Assembly: GCA_038248345.1 (NCBI GenBank)
Contig: JBBRXO010000001.1
Coordinates: forward strand, 1-64,000
Reading direction: 5' to 3'
DNA length: 64,000 bases
Origin: Armatimonadota bacterium
GTDB lineage: Bacteria > Armatimonadota > Hebobacteria > CAIYQO01
A program made the position numbers and the translations under genes. This document shows positions 1 to 9,598 of the stretch, piece by piece (position 1 is the stretch's first letter; each line of letters opens with the position of its first letter). Below the pieces are notes generated by a model. That model made no database searches and was not told the DNA's origin. It saw nothing but the letters and a program-made list of their open reading frames with translations.

Positions 1-27
1 AATTGTGGCGCGAATCTGATGACAACA

Positions 28-140
28 GCGCGCCACGGCGGGCGCGGGCTACAGTGGTTTCGAGGTTACGCACTATTTTGGCGTTCTCATGGGCGGGACG
101 CCCATGCCACGACGGGGCAGGCGAGACGCCTGCGTTCCCA
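28..140. repeat. Cluster of REP-like palindromes
   Basis: The reverse complement of 29-52 is GTAGCCCGCGCCCGCCGTGGCGCG, nearly identical to 40425-40448. GACGCCTGCGTTCCCA at 125-140 recurs at 40597-40612. Confidence 0.7.
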
Positions 141-243
141 GGGGGTGCAATTACGAATTACGGGGGGCCTCGTAATTATCAATTCGTAATTCTGCCGCCC
201 CCTTAATTTTCTCTTCGTGCCTTCGTGGTTCAATATACAATAA

Positions 244-2247
244 TTACCGGATAACCTTGTCCGCCCGGTAGTCGGCCCAGATGTTTTCGTACCAGCCGTC
301 GTCGGCGGGCATGGGGCGGGTGAGAACCCAGGTGTTGGTGACTTCACCGTTGGCTAGCAGCGTGGTCTCGCAGATCTGCTTGCTCAGTTTGTCCTCGCCC
401 AGATTGTAGCGGAAGTCGTCGGTGAGACCGGCACAGGGGAGTTGGCCTGCAGGGTCCATCACCATATAGCTGCCGCGGCTGACGCCGCCCTGCTGCAGTT
501 GGTTCGCCATGGCGGAGAGGTAAACGATCTCGGTGATGATGGCGTCGCGGTTTTTGAAGGCGTAGGGCAATTCCTCGGCACTCGCCACCCCCACGCTGTC
601 CCAGCGGGTCAGCTGCTCTTTTGCTGCTGTCAGCGCGGCTGTGATTTTACCCAGGTCACGGATATGCGCGCCGAAGGCGGTCATGCGCTCCTGCAGTTCA
701 TCGCGGTAGCCGTGGAGTTTGGCGATCCCACCACCGGTGCAGACCAGCTTCTCGATCTGCGCTAGGCGCTTGATCACCTGCACGGATACCGCATCGGCGA
801 AGGCTTCACCTTTCAGCGGGGCCTCGGTGTAGCGCGCGGCGATGTACTGCGCGGCACGCAGGCTGCCGCACTGGCCGCTGTTGAGCGCGGAGCCGCCGGG
901 GCGGTAGACGCCGTGGCTGCCGTTGGCCTCGCCGATGGGGAAGAAGTGCTTCACGTCGCTCTCCCACCAGATATTGCCCTTCAGCCCGCCGTTGTTATGC
1001 TGGGCGCACACCGCTACCTCCAGCGGCTCCACGGTGATGTCGATGCCATGCTCGCGATAGAGGTCGATTGCCAGCGGGTTCATATGTTGCAGGCGCTCTA
1101 TCGGGGTCTGCTGCAATGCATTGGAGGACTTCAGATAGTGCATCGCCTCGGTACCGAGAATATCGAAGCTGAACGGCTGCAGTTTGGCATTGCCCGCGTT
1201 GGAAGGGTTGGAGCGGAAGTCCATGTACACGCGGCGGCCCTTCACCACCGTCTCGTTGTAGACGAGGATGTCGATGATGGAGCTGCCGTAGTCCTGCACC
1301 TTGCGCGGGTCAAAGGGCCACTGGTAGCCCTTGAGGAAGATGTCGGTGGTGAGCGTCTCCATGCTGTCGAAGTACGGGTTAAGGAACTCCTGCTCGTCGT
1401 TGCCGTCCTGGTCAGTGCTGATGTAGCGCGGGATCACCTGCTGGTAGGTGCCGCTCACATTCCAGCGGAACTTAATAGAGGCCAGGCCATACTGCCACTC
1501 GGTGAGATTTTGCCCGGGCATACCGGCCTCAAATGCTACGCCGGTGGAACCGGTGTGTACTTCGGGATAAACGGATGACTTGTAGATCACCGCCGGGCCG
1601 CCGGTGCCGTAGACTACATTGGTAGCATTAATAAGGAAGACACCGTTGTCCTCTTCGCTCAGCTTTGTTTTATCCAGACAGAGCAGGCCGGTGGCGCGCT
1701 TCTCACCTTTCACCTCGGTGGTCAGCACTGCTATCACCTCGGTATCGTTGAGGATATTCAGCTGGCGACGCCGCGCCTCCTGCAGCAGGTGCTTAAACAT
1801 CAGCATGCTGGTCTTCGGCCCGGCGCTGGTGGCGCGCTGGCGCGGGTCGTGGTCGGTCTTATAGCCGATAAATCCGCCCATGGTATCATGTGGGAAGGGG
1901 ACGCCCAGCCCCACCAGGTGGTAGAACCCCTGCGCGGAGAGGGTGGCCTCGATGAGCGCGATATCGCCGTGCATGGCACCGCCATCGAAAAGGCTGTGTG
2001 CCATCTCATACGGGCAATCCGGGCCGCTGCCCGCCACCGAAAGCTTATAATAGGTCTGCTTGTCACTGCCGGTGTTGTTGCTGGTGCCGCCGCCAATCTT
2101 CTCGGTCACCAGCAGCATATCCTTGCACCCCAGGCGATCCAGCTGCACCGCACAATTCAACGAAGCCGCGCCGGTGCCTACCACCACCGTATTCACCGTG
2201 ATAACCGGCAAGGTGCGCCCCGCCAGCATAACCGTACTCTTTTCCAT
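244..2247 (-). CDS. FAD-binding oxidoreductase, succinate dehydrogenase/fumarate reductase flavoprotein-like family
   Basis: N-terminal dinucleotide-binding motif VVVGTGAAS, plus GTGG, QHNNGGL, GEANGSHG..RPGG.AL and a C-terminal SRGS. Start placed at ATG 2247 after a G-rich RBS. Confidence 0.8.
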   Translation of the reverse strand: MEKSTVMLAGRTLPVITVNTVVVGTGAASLNCAVQLDRLGCKDMLLVTEKIGGGTSNNTGSDKQTYYKLSVAGSGPDCPYEMAHSLFDGGAMHGDIALIEATLSAQGFYHLVGLGVPFPHDTMGGFIGYKTDHDPRQRATSAGPKTSMLMFKHLLQEARRRQLNILNDTEVIAVLTTEVKGEKRATGLLCLDKTKLSEEDNGVFLINATNVVYGTGGPAVIYKSSVYPEVHTGSTGVAFEAGMPGQNLTEWQYGLASIKFRWNVSGTYQQVIPRYISTDQDGNDEQEFLNPYFDSMETLTTDIFLKGYQWPFDPRKVQDYGSSIIDILVYNETVVKGRRVYMDFRSNPSNAGNAKLQPFSFDILGTEAMHYLKSSNALQQTPIERLQHMNPLAIDLYREHGIDITVEPLEVAVCAQHNNGGLKGNIWWESDVKHFFPIGEANGSHGVYRPGGSALNSGQCGSLRAAQYIAARYTEAPLKGEAFADAVSVQVIKRLAQIEKLVCTGGGIAKLHGYRDELQERMTAFGAHIRDLGKITAALTAAKEQLTRWDSVGVASAEELPYAFKNRDAIITEIVYLSAMANQLQQGGVSRGSYMVMDPAGQLPCAGLTDDFRYNLGEDKLSKQICETTLLANGEVTNTWVLTRPMPADDGWYENIWADYRADKVIR

Positions 2248-2329
2248 TATATCCCCCACCCTGGTATTGCTTCATCTTTATTGTGCTTATTGTACAGGAA
2301 AGAACAAGGTATTATCAAACCACAGACGA

Positions 2330-2370
2330 GAAAACGCCCCCGTTTCTGCACCGCAGGAAACGGGGGCGGT
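2330..2370 (-). terminator. Intrinsic terminator after the acyl-CoA synthetase gene
   Basis: CGCCCCCGTTT/AAACGGGGGCG stem followed by a T-run on the minus strand. Confidence 0.7.
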
Positions 2371-2392
2371 AACTTCGCTAGATAATCAGCGC

Positions 2393-4486
2393 CTATTTCT
2401 TCAGCGCAATGCGGCTGTCCAGAGCGATAGCTCCACGTGTGCCCGGTAGCACGGTGAGGGGGTTGATGTCCATCTCGTTGATCTCCGGGAAGTCAGTGAC
2501 AAGCTGGGCCAGACGCTGTATCGCTTCGGCACAGGCGTCCAGGTCCACGCTCTGTTCGCCGCGCACACCGGTGAGCAGCTTGTAGCTTTTGATCTCTTTC
2601 ATCATATCATTCGCTTCGCGTGCATTCAGCGGGGCAATGCGGAAGGTGACGTCTTTGAGCACTTCAACATAGATACCACCCAAGCCAAACATGATCATCG
2701 GGCCGAACTGCGCGTCGTGGCTCATGCCCAGAATGGTCTGCTTGCCATCTACGATCATCTGTTGGATATTCACGCCCCAGATGTTCGCTTCCGGCTTCAG
2801 AGTTTTGATGCTGGTGGTCATGCTGGTGAAGATATCGGCCACTTCCTGTGCGTTCTTCAGGCCGACTTTGACGCCGCCACAGTCTGATTTGTGCAGGATA
2901 TCCGGGGAGGCGATCTTCATCACCACCGGGTAGCCGATACTATCAGCAAAGGTGACAGCTTCTGCAGCAGTGGCGCAGAGTTTGTTGGCGGGGATTTTAA
3001 TACCATAGGCTTCCAGGATGCCCGCGCACTCAATCTCGTTCATCTCGGTGCGGCCATCAGCGCGCGTTTTGGCGAAAGCAGCAGCGACTGTGGCTTTGTC
3101 CACTTCGAAAACTGTTGGAGCCTGTTCCGGCAATTCTTTCCATGCGGCATAGTTGGCCATGCCACGGAAAGCTATTACGGCGCGCTCGGGGAAGGGGTAG
3201 TTCGGTACTTCATTCTGGATGAGCAGGTCGACGCCCTTCTGCATCAGGGTTCCGCCCATGAAGCAACCGAGGATCGGCTTGTCAGTTATTTTGTTGATCT
3301 CTACCAGCACCTGCGCCGTCTCCAGAATTTCGGTGGAGGTCTGCGGGGTAACGATAGTGATGATACCGTCGATGCTCTCATCTTTCAACAGTGTGCGGAT
3401 AGCAAAGTCATACATATTGGCTTTGGCATCGCCCAGCACGTCAACCGGATTATGGAAGTTACTGGAGGGAGACATCTTCGTCTGCAGCTCAGCGACGGTC
3501 TCCGGCTTGATAACTGCCAGCTCCAGCCCGGCTTTCTCGATAGCGTCGGTGCATAGAATGCCCGGGCCACCGGCGTTGGTGACTATTGCCACGCGTTTGC
3601 CTTTAGGCATCGGCTGGTTGGCGAAGGCGATTGCGTAGTCGAACAGCTCCTGCACGGTGTTGGCGCGCAGCACACCGCACTGATTGAAAGCGGCATCGTA
3701 GGCTTTGTCGGAGCCGGCCAGTGAGCCGGTGTGCGAGGCGGCAGCTTTGGCGCCGGCGGCGGTGGTGCCGGATTTGACCACGATAATCGGTTTTTTACGT
3801 GATACTTCCTCCGCAACCTGCATGAATTTCGCCCCATCGCCCAGTGCTTCAACGTAGGCGACGATAGCGCGGATATCATCGTCATCTTTCCAGGCCTGCA
3901 GCAGGTCAACGGTGGCTACATCGGACTGATTGCCGAAGGTGAAGAACTTGTTGAAGCCGATCCCCGCCTGGGTGGCCCAGTCCAGTACCGCAGTTGCCAG
4001 CGCACCCGACTGTGACAATAGCCCGAGATGGCCGTTCTTCGGTGTTACCGGGGCGAATGAAGCGTTGAGGCCGACGCCGGTGGAGATGATGCCCAGGCAG
4101 TTTGGCCCGATAATGCGGATACCGTATTTCTTTGCGGTCTCCAGTAGTTCCAGCTCCATCTCTTTACCAGCACCACCTACTTCCTTGAAGCCAGCGGTGA
4201 TGATTACGACGGAATCGATGCCTTTTTCGCCGCATTCTGCCAGCGTGGCATTGACGAATTTTGCCGGGATAACGATCACCGCCAGGTCGATGTTGCCCGG
4301 TACTGCAGTTACATTTGGATACGCCTTCAAGCCCAGTATTTCATCAGCCTTGGGGTTGATCGGGTAGATGTCGCCCTGGAACTTGGCGTCGATCATATTG
4401 AAAACAATGTCGTACCCGACTTTGCCGGGTGCGGTAGACGCGCCAATGATGGCGACGGATTTGGGTGTAAAGAAATTCTCTAACAT
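2393..4486 (-). CDS. Acetate/acyl-CoA ligase (ADP-forming), fused alpha-beta
   Basis: CoA-binding N-terminus (SVAIIGAS..PGKVG, IGPNCLG), SHTGSLAG phospho-His motif, NPVD, and an ATP-grasp C-terminus (GYPVVMKI.SPDILHKSD, EMDINPL). Confidence 0.92.
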   Translation of the reverse strand: MLENFFTPKSVAIIGASTAPGKVGYDIVFNMIDAKFQGDIYPINPKADEILGLKAYPNVTAVPGNIDLAVIVIPAKFVNATLAECGEKGIDSVVIITAGFKEVGGAGKEMELELLETAKKYGIRIIGPNCLGIISTGVGLNASFAPVTPKNGHLGLLSQSGALATAVLDWATQAGIGFNKFFTFGNQSDVATVDLLQAWKDDDDIRAIVAYVEALGDGAKFMQVAEEVSRKKPIIVVKSGTTAAGAKAAASHTGSLAGSDKAYDAAFNQCGVLRANTVQELFDYAIAFANQPMPKGKRVAIVTNAGGPGILCTDAIEKAGLELAVIKPETVAELQTKMSPSSNFHNPVDVLGDAKANMYDFAIRTLLKDESIDGIITIVTPQTSTEILETAQVLVEINKITDKPILGCFMGGTLMQKGVDLLIQNEVPNYPFPERAVIAFRGMANYAAWKELPEQAPTVFEVDKATVAAAFAKTRADGRTEMNEIECAGILEAYGIKIPANKLCATAAEAVTFADSIGYPVVMKIASPDILHKSDCGGVKVGLKNAQEVADIFTSMTTSIKTLKPEANIWGVNIQQMIVDGKQTILGMSHDAQFGPMIMFGLGGIYVEVLKDVTFRIAPLNAREANDMMKEIKSYKLLTGVRGEQSVDLDACAEAIQRLAQLVTDFPEINEMDINPLTVLPGTRGAIALDSRIALKK

Positions 4487-4672
4487 TTTACCTGCCTTGG
4501 GGTATTCCCCCGGTTTCCCTGAAAGCGATATGCTTTCCGAGATGTCGCATCGCGCGCGGTGTCGGCATCCCCCTGATTACGATATCTTCGGCTGCTCACG
4601 GCAGCGATTAACACACAGACAAGCCACGGACTTTTCCCCAAAAGTCCGCGACTTGCGACCAAAGACACAATA

Positions 4673-4703
4673 AAAAATGCCAGACCACAATTGGTCTGGC
4701 ATT
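4673..4703 (-). terminator. Intrinsic terminator
   Basis: ATGCCAGACCA/TGGTCTGGCAT stem followed by TTTTT on the minus strand. Confidence 0.75.
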
Positions 4704-4866
4704 AATTACTGTTTATATCTGCAGCCTCTGACACCATGGAAATAATTAGTGGAATAATAACCTGCGCCTCACGACTGATAATTCCAGCGCCAATTTTATT
4801 CTCCATAATATCCATTTTTGAAAGCACGATAGCTTCCCCCAACAAGTGTCCTGGCAATCTGTGAAA

Positions 4867-4895
4867 AATATAACACACCCTAACGGCAGTGTCAA
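4867..4895 (-). promoter_or_regulatory. Sigma70-type promoter
   Basis: Minus strand TTGACA-17 bp-TATATT. Confidence 0.6.
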
Positions 4896-4929
4896 ATATT
4901 TTCACCCAAAAATGATAAAACCGTAAAAT

Positions 4930-4970
4930 TGGTCTGTTTCCCAGCATATCCTATCCTGGGAAACAGGCCT
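4930..4970 (-). terminator. Hairpin ending the exbB-exbD-tonB operon
   Basis: CTGTTTCCCAG/CTGGGAAACAG stem just after the stop at 4984. Confidence 0.55.
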
Positions 4971-4983
4971 GAAATCTCGAGTT

Positions 4984-5919
4984 TTAGAAATTATGGGCGG
5001 CGTATGCGCCGACCGCCAGGAAGATCAACGCCTGCTGCAATTGACTGGTACGCTTGTTGGAACGGTCAATGCGAGCAGAAAGGGAATTCTTCACATCTCC
5101 GGTGGAAGTGGCCATAGTGCCTGCCGCTTTCCCCAGTGCAGAATTGAGAGTAGCCAGGTCTACCGATACCGTATCACGCAAGGTGTTGATACGGAGATCC
5201 GTGGCAGTCTGGTTGGAGTTCATGCGCGCAAGCATATCTGTTTTCAAATCGCTATTAGCCTTCAGCAACATGGTTTCCTGACCTGTCATCTTCTTTTCGA
5301 TATTTCCATCCATGGTGAGGCGAGCATTAGCTTCACCCGTCAAATCCGACCGTAACGTAGTATCAGCTGCAGTCAGCGTCTCGTTCATCGCTGTCAGTTG
5401 CTTCGTCAGCTCTTCTTTGGTTGTAACGAACTTCGCATCGGTTTCGGCTTTGCTGGCGAGGAAACGCTTGTCTACATTGCTGTTCATATTCGCAAAACGG
5501 GTATCGAGACTGCCATTCAAATTGCCCAGCATTGTCGCGGTACCGGCATGTTCATCCGCAAGCTTTTTATCCTGCGCCAGCGCCAGCGCGGCAAGCTTGG
5601 CATCATTCTCGGTTTTGGTAGTAGCGAGCAATGTGGCTAATTGCTGGCGTGCTGCCGCTTCTACTTTCAATGAGTCTTCAACTTGCTTGCGGCTGTTGCG
5701 TTCAGCATCAAGGTTAGTCTGCAGCTTGTCGATCGCAGCCAGGGCTTTCTCCAACTTGTCATTGGTCAGGCTCAACTGCAACTGCGCCTTGGCCATGTTG
5801 TCATTCAGCACGATATTCGTCTTTTCCAGTTCGGCCAAACGCTTGCTTTCCGATGACTGGGCGAAAATAGGGACGGCGACGATAATGCCGAGAACCAGAA
5901 TGGTGATCATTCTACGCAT
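4984..5919 (-). CDS. Secreted or membrane-anchored coiled-coil protein of unknown function
   Basis: Signal peptide, long heptad-rich helical body and a hydrophobic C-terminal tail. AGGAG RBS. Confidence 0.7.
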   Translation of the reverse strand: MRRMITILVLGIIVAVPIFAQSSESKRLAELEKTNIVLNDNMAKAQLQLSLTNDKLEKALAAIDKLQTNLDAERNSRKQVEDSLKVEAAARQQLATLLATTKTENDAKLAALALAQDKKLADEHAGTATMLGNLNGSLDTRFANMNSNVDKRFLASKAETDAKFVTTKEELTKQLTAMNETLTAADTTLRSDLTGEANARLTMDGNIEKKMTGQETMLLKANSDLKTDMLARMNSNQTATDLRINTLRDTVSVDLATLNSALGKAAGTMATSTGDVKNSLSARIDRSNKRTSQLQQALIFLAVGAYAAHNF

Positions 5920-5942
5920 GATATTTCTCCTTTTGCTTTAGC

Positions 5943-7640
5943 TTAGCGAACTACTTCCAGTTCAGGCCCGGTGAAACTCAACGGAAGTTTTGTGTTGATA
6001 TCGGTGAGCAGTGAAGCATCATTCACCTGCAGTGCGCACTTTCCAACTCCCACTGTGCGGAAGCGGATGTTGGCGATGCTGGTGGTGGGTTGACGCAACA
6101 CAGAGGCCCCAGCGCGCGTACCACTTATTGTAATTATGCCGGGCTTGCTGATGTCTGACTTCCACTCCGTCAGCATGGCATAGCCATTCATCGCATCACC
6201 GCCGACGAAGGCGCTGCCGCGAGAGACCGACATCGGAGCGATGACCGCCGGGTCATACGTCACTGTAAATACGGCGCCATAGAAATTATCTGCCGGAGTA
6301 AGGTCGAGTGAAACGCTGAACGCGTTAGCGGGCATATCGTCAGCAGTTAGCGGTATCTTCGTCAGGCTGGAATTGAGCGTCAGGACGGCGGCGGGGACAT
6401 TGACATTGACGACGCGCGAAACGCTGTTCGGCTCGATGGTTGCGTTTTTCGTAGCGACATTTACCTTCACCGTCAGTGGCCCGCCTGCCTTGCCCGTGGG
6501 GCGTACGGTCCAGGTCTCCTGGCGGCCTTCGGCGGGTTTCAATTCCGCATAGCCCGTCACCCGCTTACTGCCGCCCACCAGCTCGAGCCCGTCAGGAAGT
6601 TCCAATGAGAGGATAGCATCTTTGGCAAGGAAGTTGCCGGAGTTCTCCAACATACCAGTGATATTGAAGGTGGTGTCACCCGCGCTATCATAATCCACGG
6701 CAGGGACGACGAATAAACCGAGGCTTAAGTTGCCTTTACTGAAACTGACATCGCCGATGCCATATTGCGTCTGGATGACACGTGCCTGACTTGCCCCCAA
6801 TGTGGTGGGGTTCCAGAATATCGCTGCGGCCGTGTCGCTCTCTTCTTCACCTTTGCGAATAAAGGAAGCGTCATCCGCTAGCGTCACCTGCCATTGGTCA
6901 TCTGCCAGCGTGCCCCAGTCGGCCACTATCAATGAGTTCGGCACAGTCAGTGCCCCGCCGCGCAGCGTGCCCAGCGAGACTACCGTCGGCTTCTCCACAC
7001 TGTCGAAGGCCATGAAGTACTCTGGAATATCCTCACCGCCAAAGGCGAGAGGGCTGCTGATAATTTTGCTGGCGATACGGAAAGGTGCGCCATCGTTCTT
7101 GCCGCACATGGTGTCTATGAGCATACGTATGCCTACTTCATGCGCAGTATCACCGCTGTTGGTAAGTCGATATTTGATCCCCACGGTGTCATATACCCGG
7201 CTGTACTGGCCGCGCACTATCTGTAAATCCTGCTGCACGGTGATATCACCGAATTTATAGGCACAGCTGATAACGCCGTTAGCCTCTAACGGAGCAGTCA
7301 CCTGCTCACCGAATTTGCCGCCCGCGCCAGCACGACGCACGGTCTCGCCGCCGAAGATGTAATTTTTGCCATCAATCCGCACGGTGGTGTAGCTGGTATA
7401 AGGTGCCTTACCGCCATATACCAGCGGCTGGTTCTGGCTATCCGGCTGTGAGGGGTAGCCATTGGTGACATTCACCGAGAAGCGTCCGGTCTCGCGCTCG
7501 CCGGCATTCACCGTAGCACGCACATATTCATTCTCAATCGACACAACCGGCGTGGGTTGGGGGCCAGCCTGTGCCCAGCAGGAGATAATGCCAACCAGCG
7601 TCAGCGAAACGGCGATGCTGGCCGTTAATAATTTATTCAT
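5943..7640 (-). CDS. Secreted beta-rich surface protein with Ig-like and C-terminal cohesin-like domains
   Basis: Signal peptide and an Ig-like segment (LENSG..AKDA.LSLELPDGLEL). The C-terminus looks cohesin-like (FYGAVFTVTYDPAVI...G.ITISG...IANIRF). Confidence 0.65.
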   Translation of the reverse strand: MNKLLTASIAVSLTLVGIISCWAQAGPQPTPVVSIENEYVRATVNAGERETGRFSVNVTNGYPSQPDSQNQPLVYGGKAPYTSYTTVRIDGKNYIFGGETVRRAGAGGKFGEQVTAPLEANGVISCAYKFGDITVQQDLQIVRGQYSRVYDTVGIKYRLTNSGDTAHEVGIRMLIDTMCGKNDGAPFRIASKIISSPLAFGGEDIPEYFMAFDSVEKPTVVSLGTLRGGALTVPNSLIVADWGTLADDQWQVTLADDASFIRKGEEESDTAAAIFWNPTTLGASQARVIQTQYGIGDVSFSKGNLSLGLFVVPAVDYDSAGDTTFNITGMLENSGNFLAKDAILSLELPDGLELVGGSKRVTGYAELKPAEGRQETWTVRPTGKAGGPLTVKVNVATKNATIEPNSVSRVVNVNVPAAVLTLNSSLTKIPLTADDMPANAFSVSLDLTPADNFYGAVFTVTYDPAVIAPMSVSRGSAFVGGDAMNGYAMLTEWKSDISKPGIITISGTRAGASVLRQPTTSIANIRFRTVGVGKCALQVNDASLLTDINTKLPLSFTGPELEVVR

Positions 7641-7658
7641 AGGGGTTGTCCTCTCGTA

Positions 7659-8363
7659 TTACAGTTCCGTTACTGTGCCATTTCCATTGAAGCGCCAGGA
7701 TTTCGTTACTGTGCCGGCGACGGCAACGCCGTTTTCCAGCGCCACCTGGTATGAGCCTTTTTGGGCTTTCAATACGGCTGCATTCGCAGCCCAGTCGGCT
7801 CCTATTACCACGGAATGTCCTGTGTATTTCCCATTAGTTCCGACGTTGATACTTATGGTAACGGTAGTCTCATCGCCATCGGTGTGGCCTTTGGGGTAGA
7901 TCGGCTTGCCAATAGACTCAATCTTCGCCCCACGTGTCTCACCTACATTGCCAGGCGAGCCTAATGGGCCAGTTGCACCATTGCCTTGCCCTCCTGTGGC
8001 GCCAGATGCTACTGAAGTATCAGATTTATCCACTGCCATTAACGCAGGAGCAACCGTAGCGCCAACGCCCGGGCCGTTGCTAGCATGGGGCCCCGGAGGG
8101 CCGGGGACAGTCCGATTGGAGTTGCCCAGCGGCAGTGGCACGCCTGGTTTATTAATGACCGTACTCGGATCATTAATTGGTGGTGGTACTGGCAAGGGGG
8201 GTATTGCTGCTGCCTCTACCGGGTCTATGATGCTCACTACGATGGTCTCCCGCTCGCCCTCGATCTGCTGCACCGCCAACGGGGTAAGCCGCATCCAGAG
8301 GAGCAGGAATATGTGAATCACTACCGAGACAGAAAGCCAGGTGTATATGGTATTGTTCTTCAT
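7659..8363 (-). CDS. TonB/TolA-like energy transducer
   Basis: N-terminal TM with the SxxxH motif (SVVIH), a Pro/Gly-rich linker and a TonB-C-like terminus (KPIYPK...V.I.V..NG...G.AV). Lies directly downstream of exbD. Confidence 0.7.
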   Translation of the reverse strand: MKNNTIYTWLSVSVVIHIFLLLWMRLTPLAVQQIEGERETIVVSIIDPVEAAAIPPLPVPPPINDPSTVINKPGVPLPLGNSNRTVPGPPGPHASNGPGVGATVAPALMAVDKSDTSVASGATGGQGNGATGPLGSPGNVGETRGAKIESIGKPIYPKGHTDGDETTVTISINVGTNGKYTGHSVVIGADWAANAAVLKAQKGSYQVALENGVAVAGTVTKSWRFNGNGTVTEL

Positions 8364-8791
8364 GGCTTAACCTCTGGGAGGCGGGCGGTAAAAGCGATCT
8401 GGTTGATCTGGTGTTGCCGCGCTATATCCATCGTAGTGATCACTAACTTATAGGGGACATTCTCATCCGAGCTGATGACAAGCATCTCCGTCTGGTATTT
8501 GGCGCGGTAATCATCGATCTTCTGCCCCATAGTGGTGAAGTCTACCTTATCATCGTTGACGTAGATATTGTCAGCGTTCTCGATGCGCACCGTCAGGTTA
8601 TTCGGCGTCTTTGCCTCACTGGTAGCGGCCTGCGGTAATTTGATACGCAGGTTGCGCGCCTCGTCCTTCTTCGCCAGTGCGTTGGCTGTCACCATAAAGA
8701 TGATGAGCAATACCAGACAGATATCCGTAAGTGGGGTGATGTTGATATTGGTGATCATCTTATTGTTCTGCGATTTTTTAGTGCGAATCAT
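8360..8791 (-). CDS. exbD: Biopolymer transporter ExbD/TolR
   Basis: INITPLTDICLVLLIIFMV signature, LP.A, and D..VPY..V...MD. Confidence 0.9.
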   Translation of the reverse strand: MIRTKKSQNNKMITNINITPLTDICLVLLIIFMVTANALAKKDEARNLRIKLPQAATSEAKTPNNLTVRIENADNIYVNDDKVDFTTMGQKIDDYRAKYQTEMLVISSDENVPYKLVITTMDIARQHQINQIAFTARLPEVKP

Positions 8792-8796
8792 GGCAG

Positions 8797-9426
8797 TTAC
8801 TCAGCTTTCCGCGCATTGCGCGCGTCCTGCAGTCGGTACGACCACTCGGTGCTGAAGCGTTCCAGCTCGAGGCGATAGCGTTCTACCCAGGCGAGGCACC
8901 AGTTATTGATGATAACCGCGATGATACCTACCGCCAGACCGGCGGCAGTAGCGATGAGCGCCTCGGAGAGACCAGCAGAGACCACCGATGTGCCGGCGGC
9001 GTTCTGTTTTGCTACTGCAGCGAAAGCCGTCATGATGCCGAGTACCGTACCAAGCAAACCGATGAACGGGGCGATGTTGCCGATGGTGCCCACGATAGGT
9101 AGCGGGCGGGTAGCACGGTCAACTTCGGTATCGCAAGCCATGGAGAGCGTGTCGGATATCTCTTCGTCGCTAGCATCTTCATACTGTAAGGAAGATGAAG
9201 CAATACGTGCGTACGGGTTGTCTATCTCCGCCAGCGTCGCGGCGGCTAATTTCCATTGCCCGCTCCGCAGCTGATCTTTCACACGCTGCAACAGTTCAGC
9301 GGGGAGCATATTCAAGTGGCTGTAACTCCACAAGCGCTCCAACGCTACGGCAATCACCAGCACTGAGCATATGCCCAGCGGCACCAGGGTTATTCCCCCC
9401 TGTTGAATCAACTGAAATACTGTCAT
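8797..9426 (-). CDS. exbB: MotA/TolQ/ExbB proton channel protein
   Basis: APFIGLLGTVLGIM.AF and GLSEALIATAAGL.V signatures. Confidence 0.92.
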   Translation of the reverse strand: MTVFQLIQQGGITLVPLGICSVLVIAVALERLWSYSHLNMLPAELLQRVKDQLRSGQWKLAAATLAEIDNPYARIASSSLQYEDASDEEISDTLSMACDTEVDRATRPLPIVGTIGNIAPFIGLLGTVLGIMTAFAAVAKQNAAGTSVVSAGLSEALIATAAGLAVGIIAVIINNWCLAWVERYRLELERFSTEWSYRLQDARNARKAE

Positions 9427-9598
9427 GGTCGGTTCTCCTCTTCGGTCTAAGATGTAAACTATAGTTATCAGCGCGCCTTAACATTATATTCAAACGCGCC
9501 TAGAAGAAGGTATTTCAACCTCCCATATTCCCTTTGACACCGCTACACCTCAGGAGTTTCAGTATAACAGAAAATATTGAAAAATGTGTCTGTGGAAG

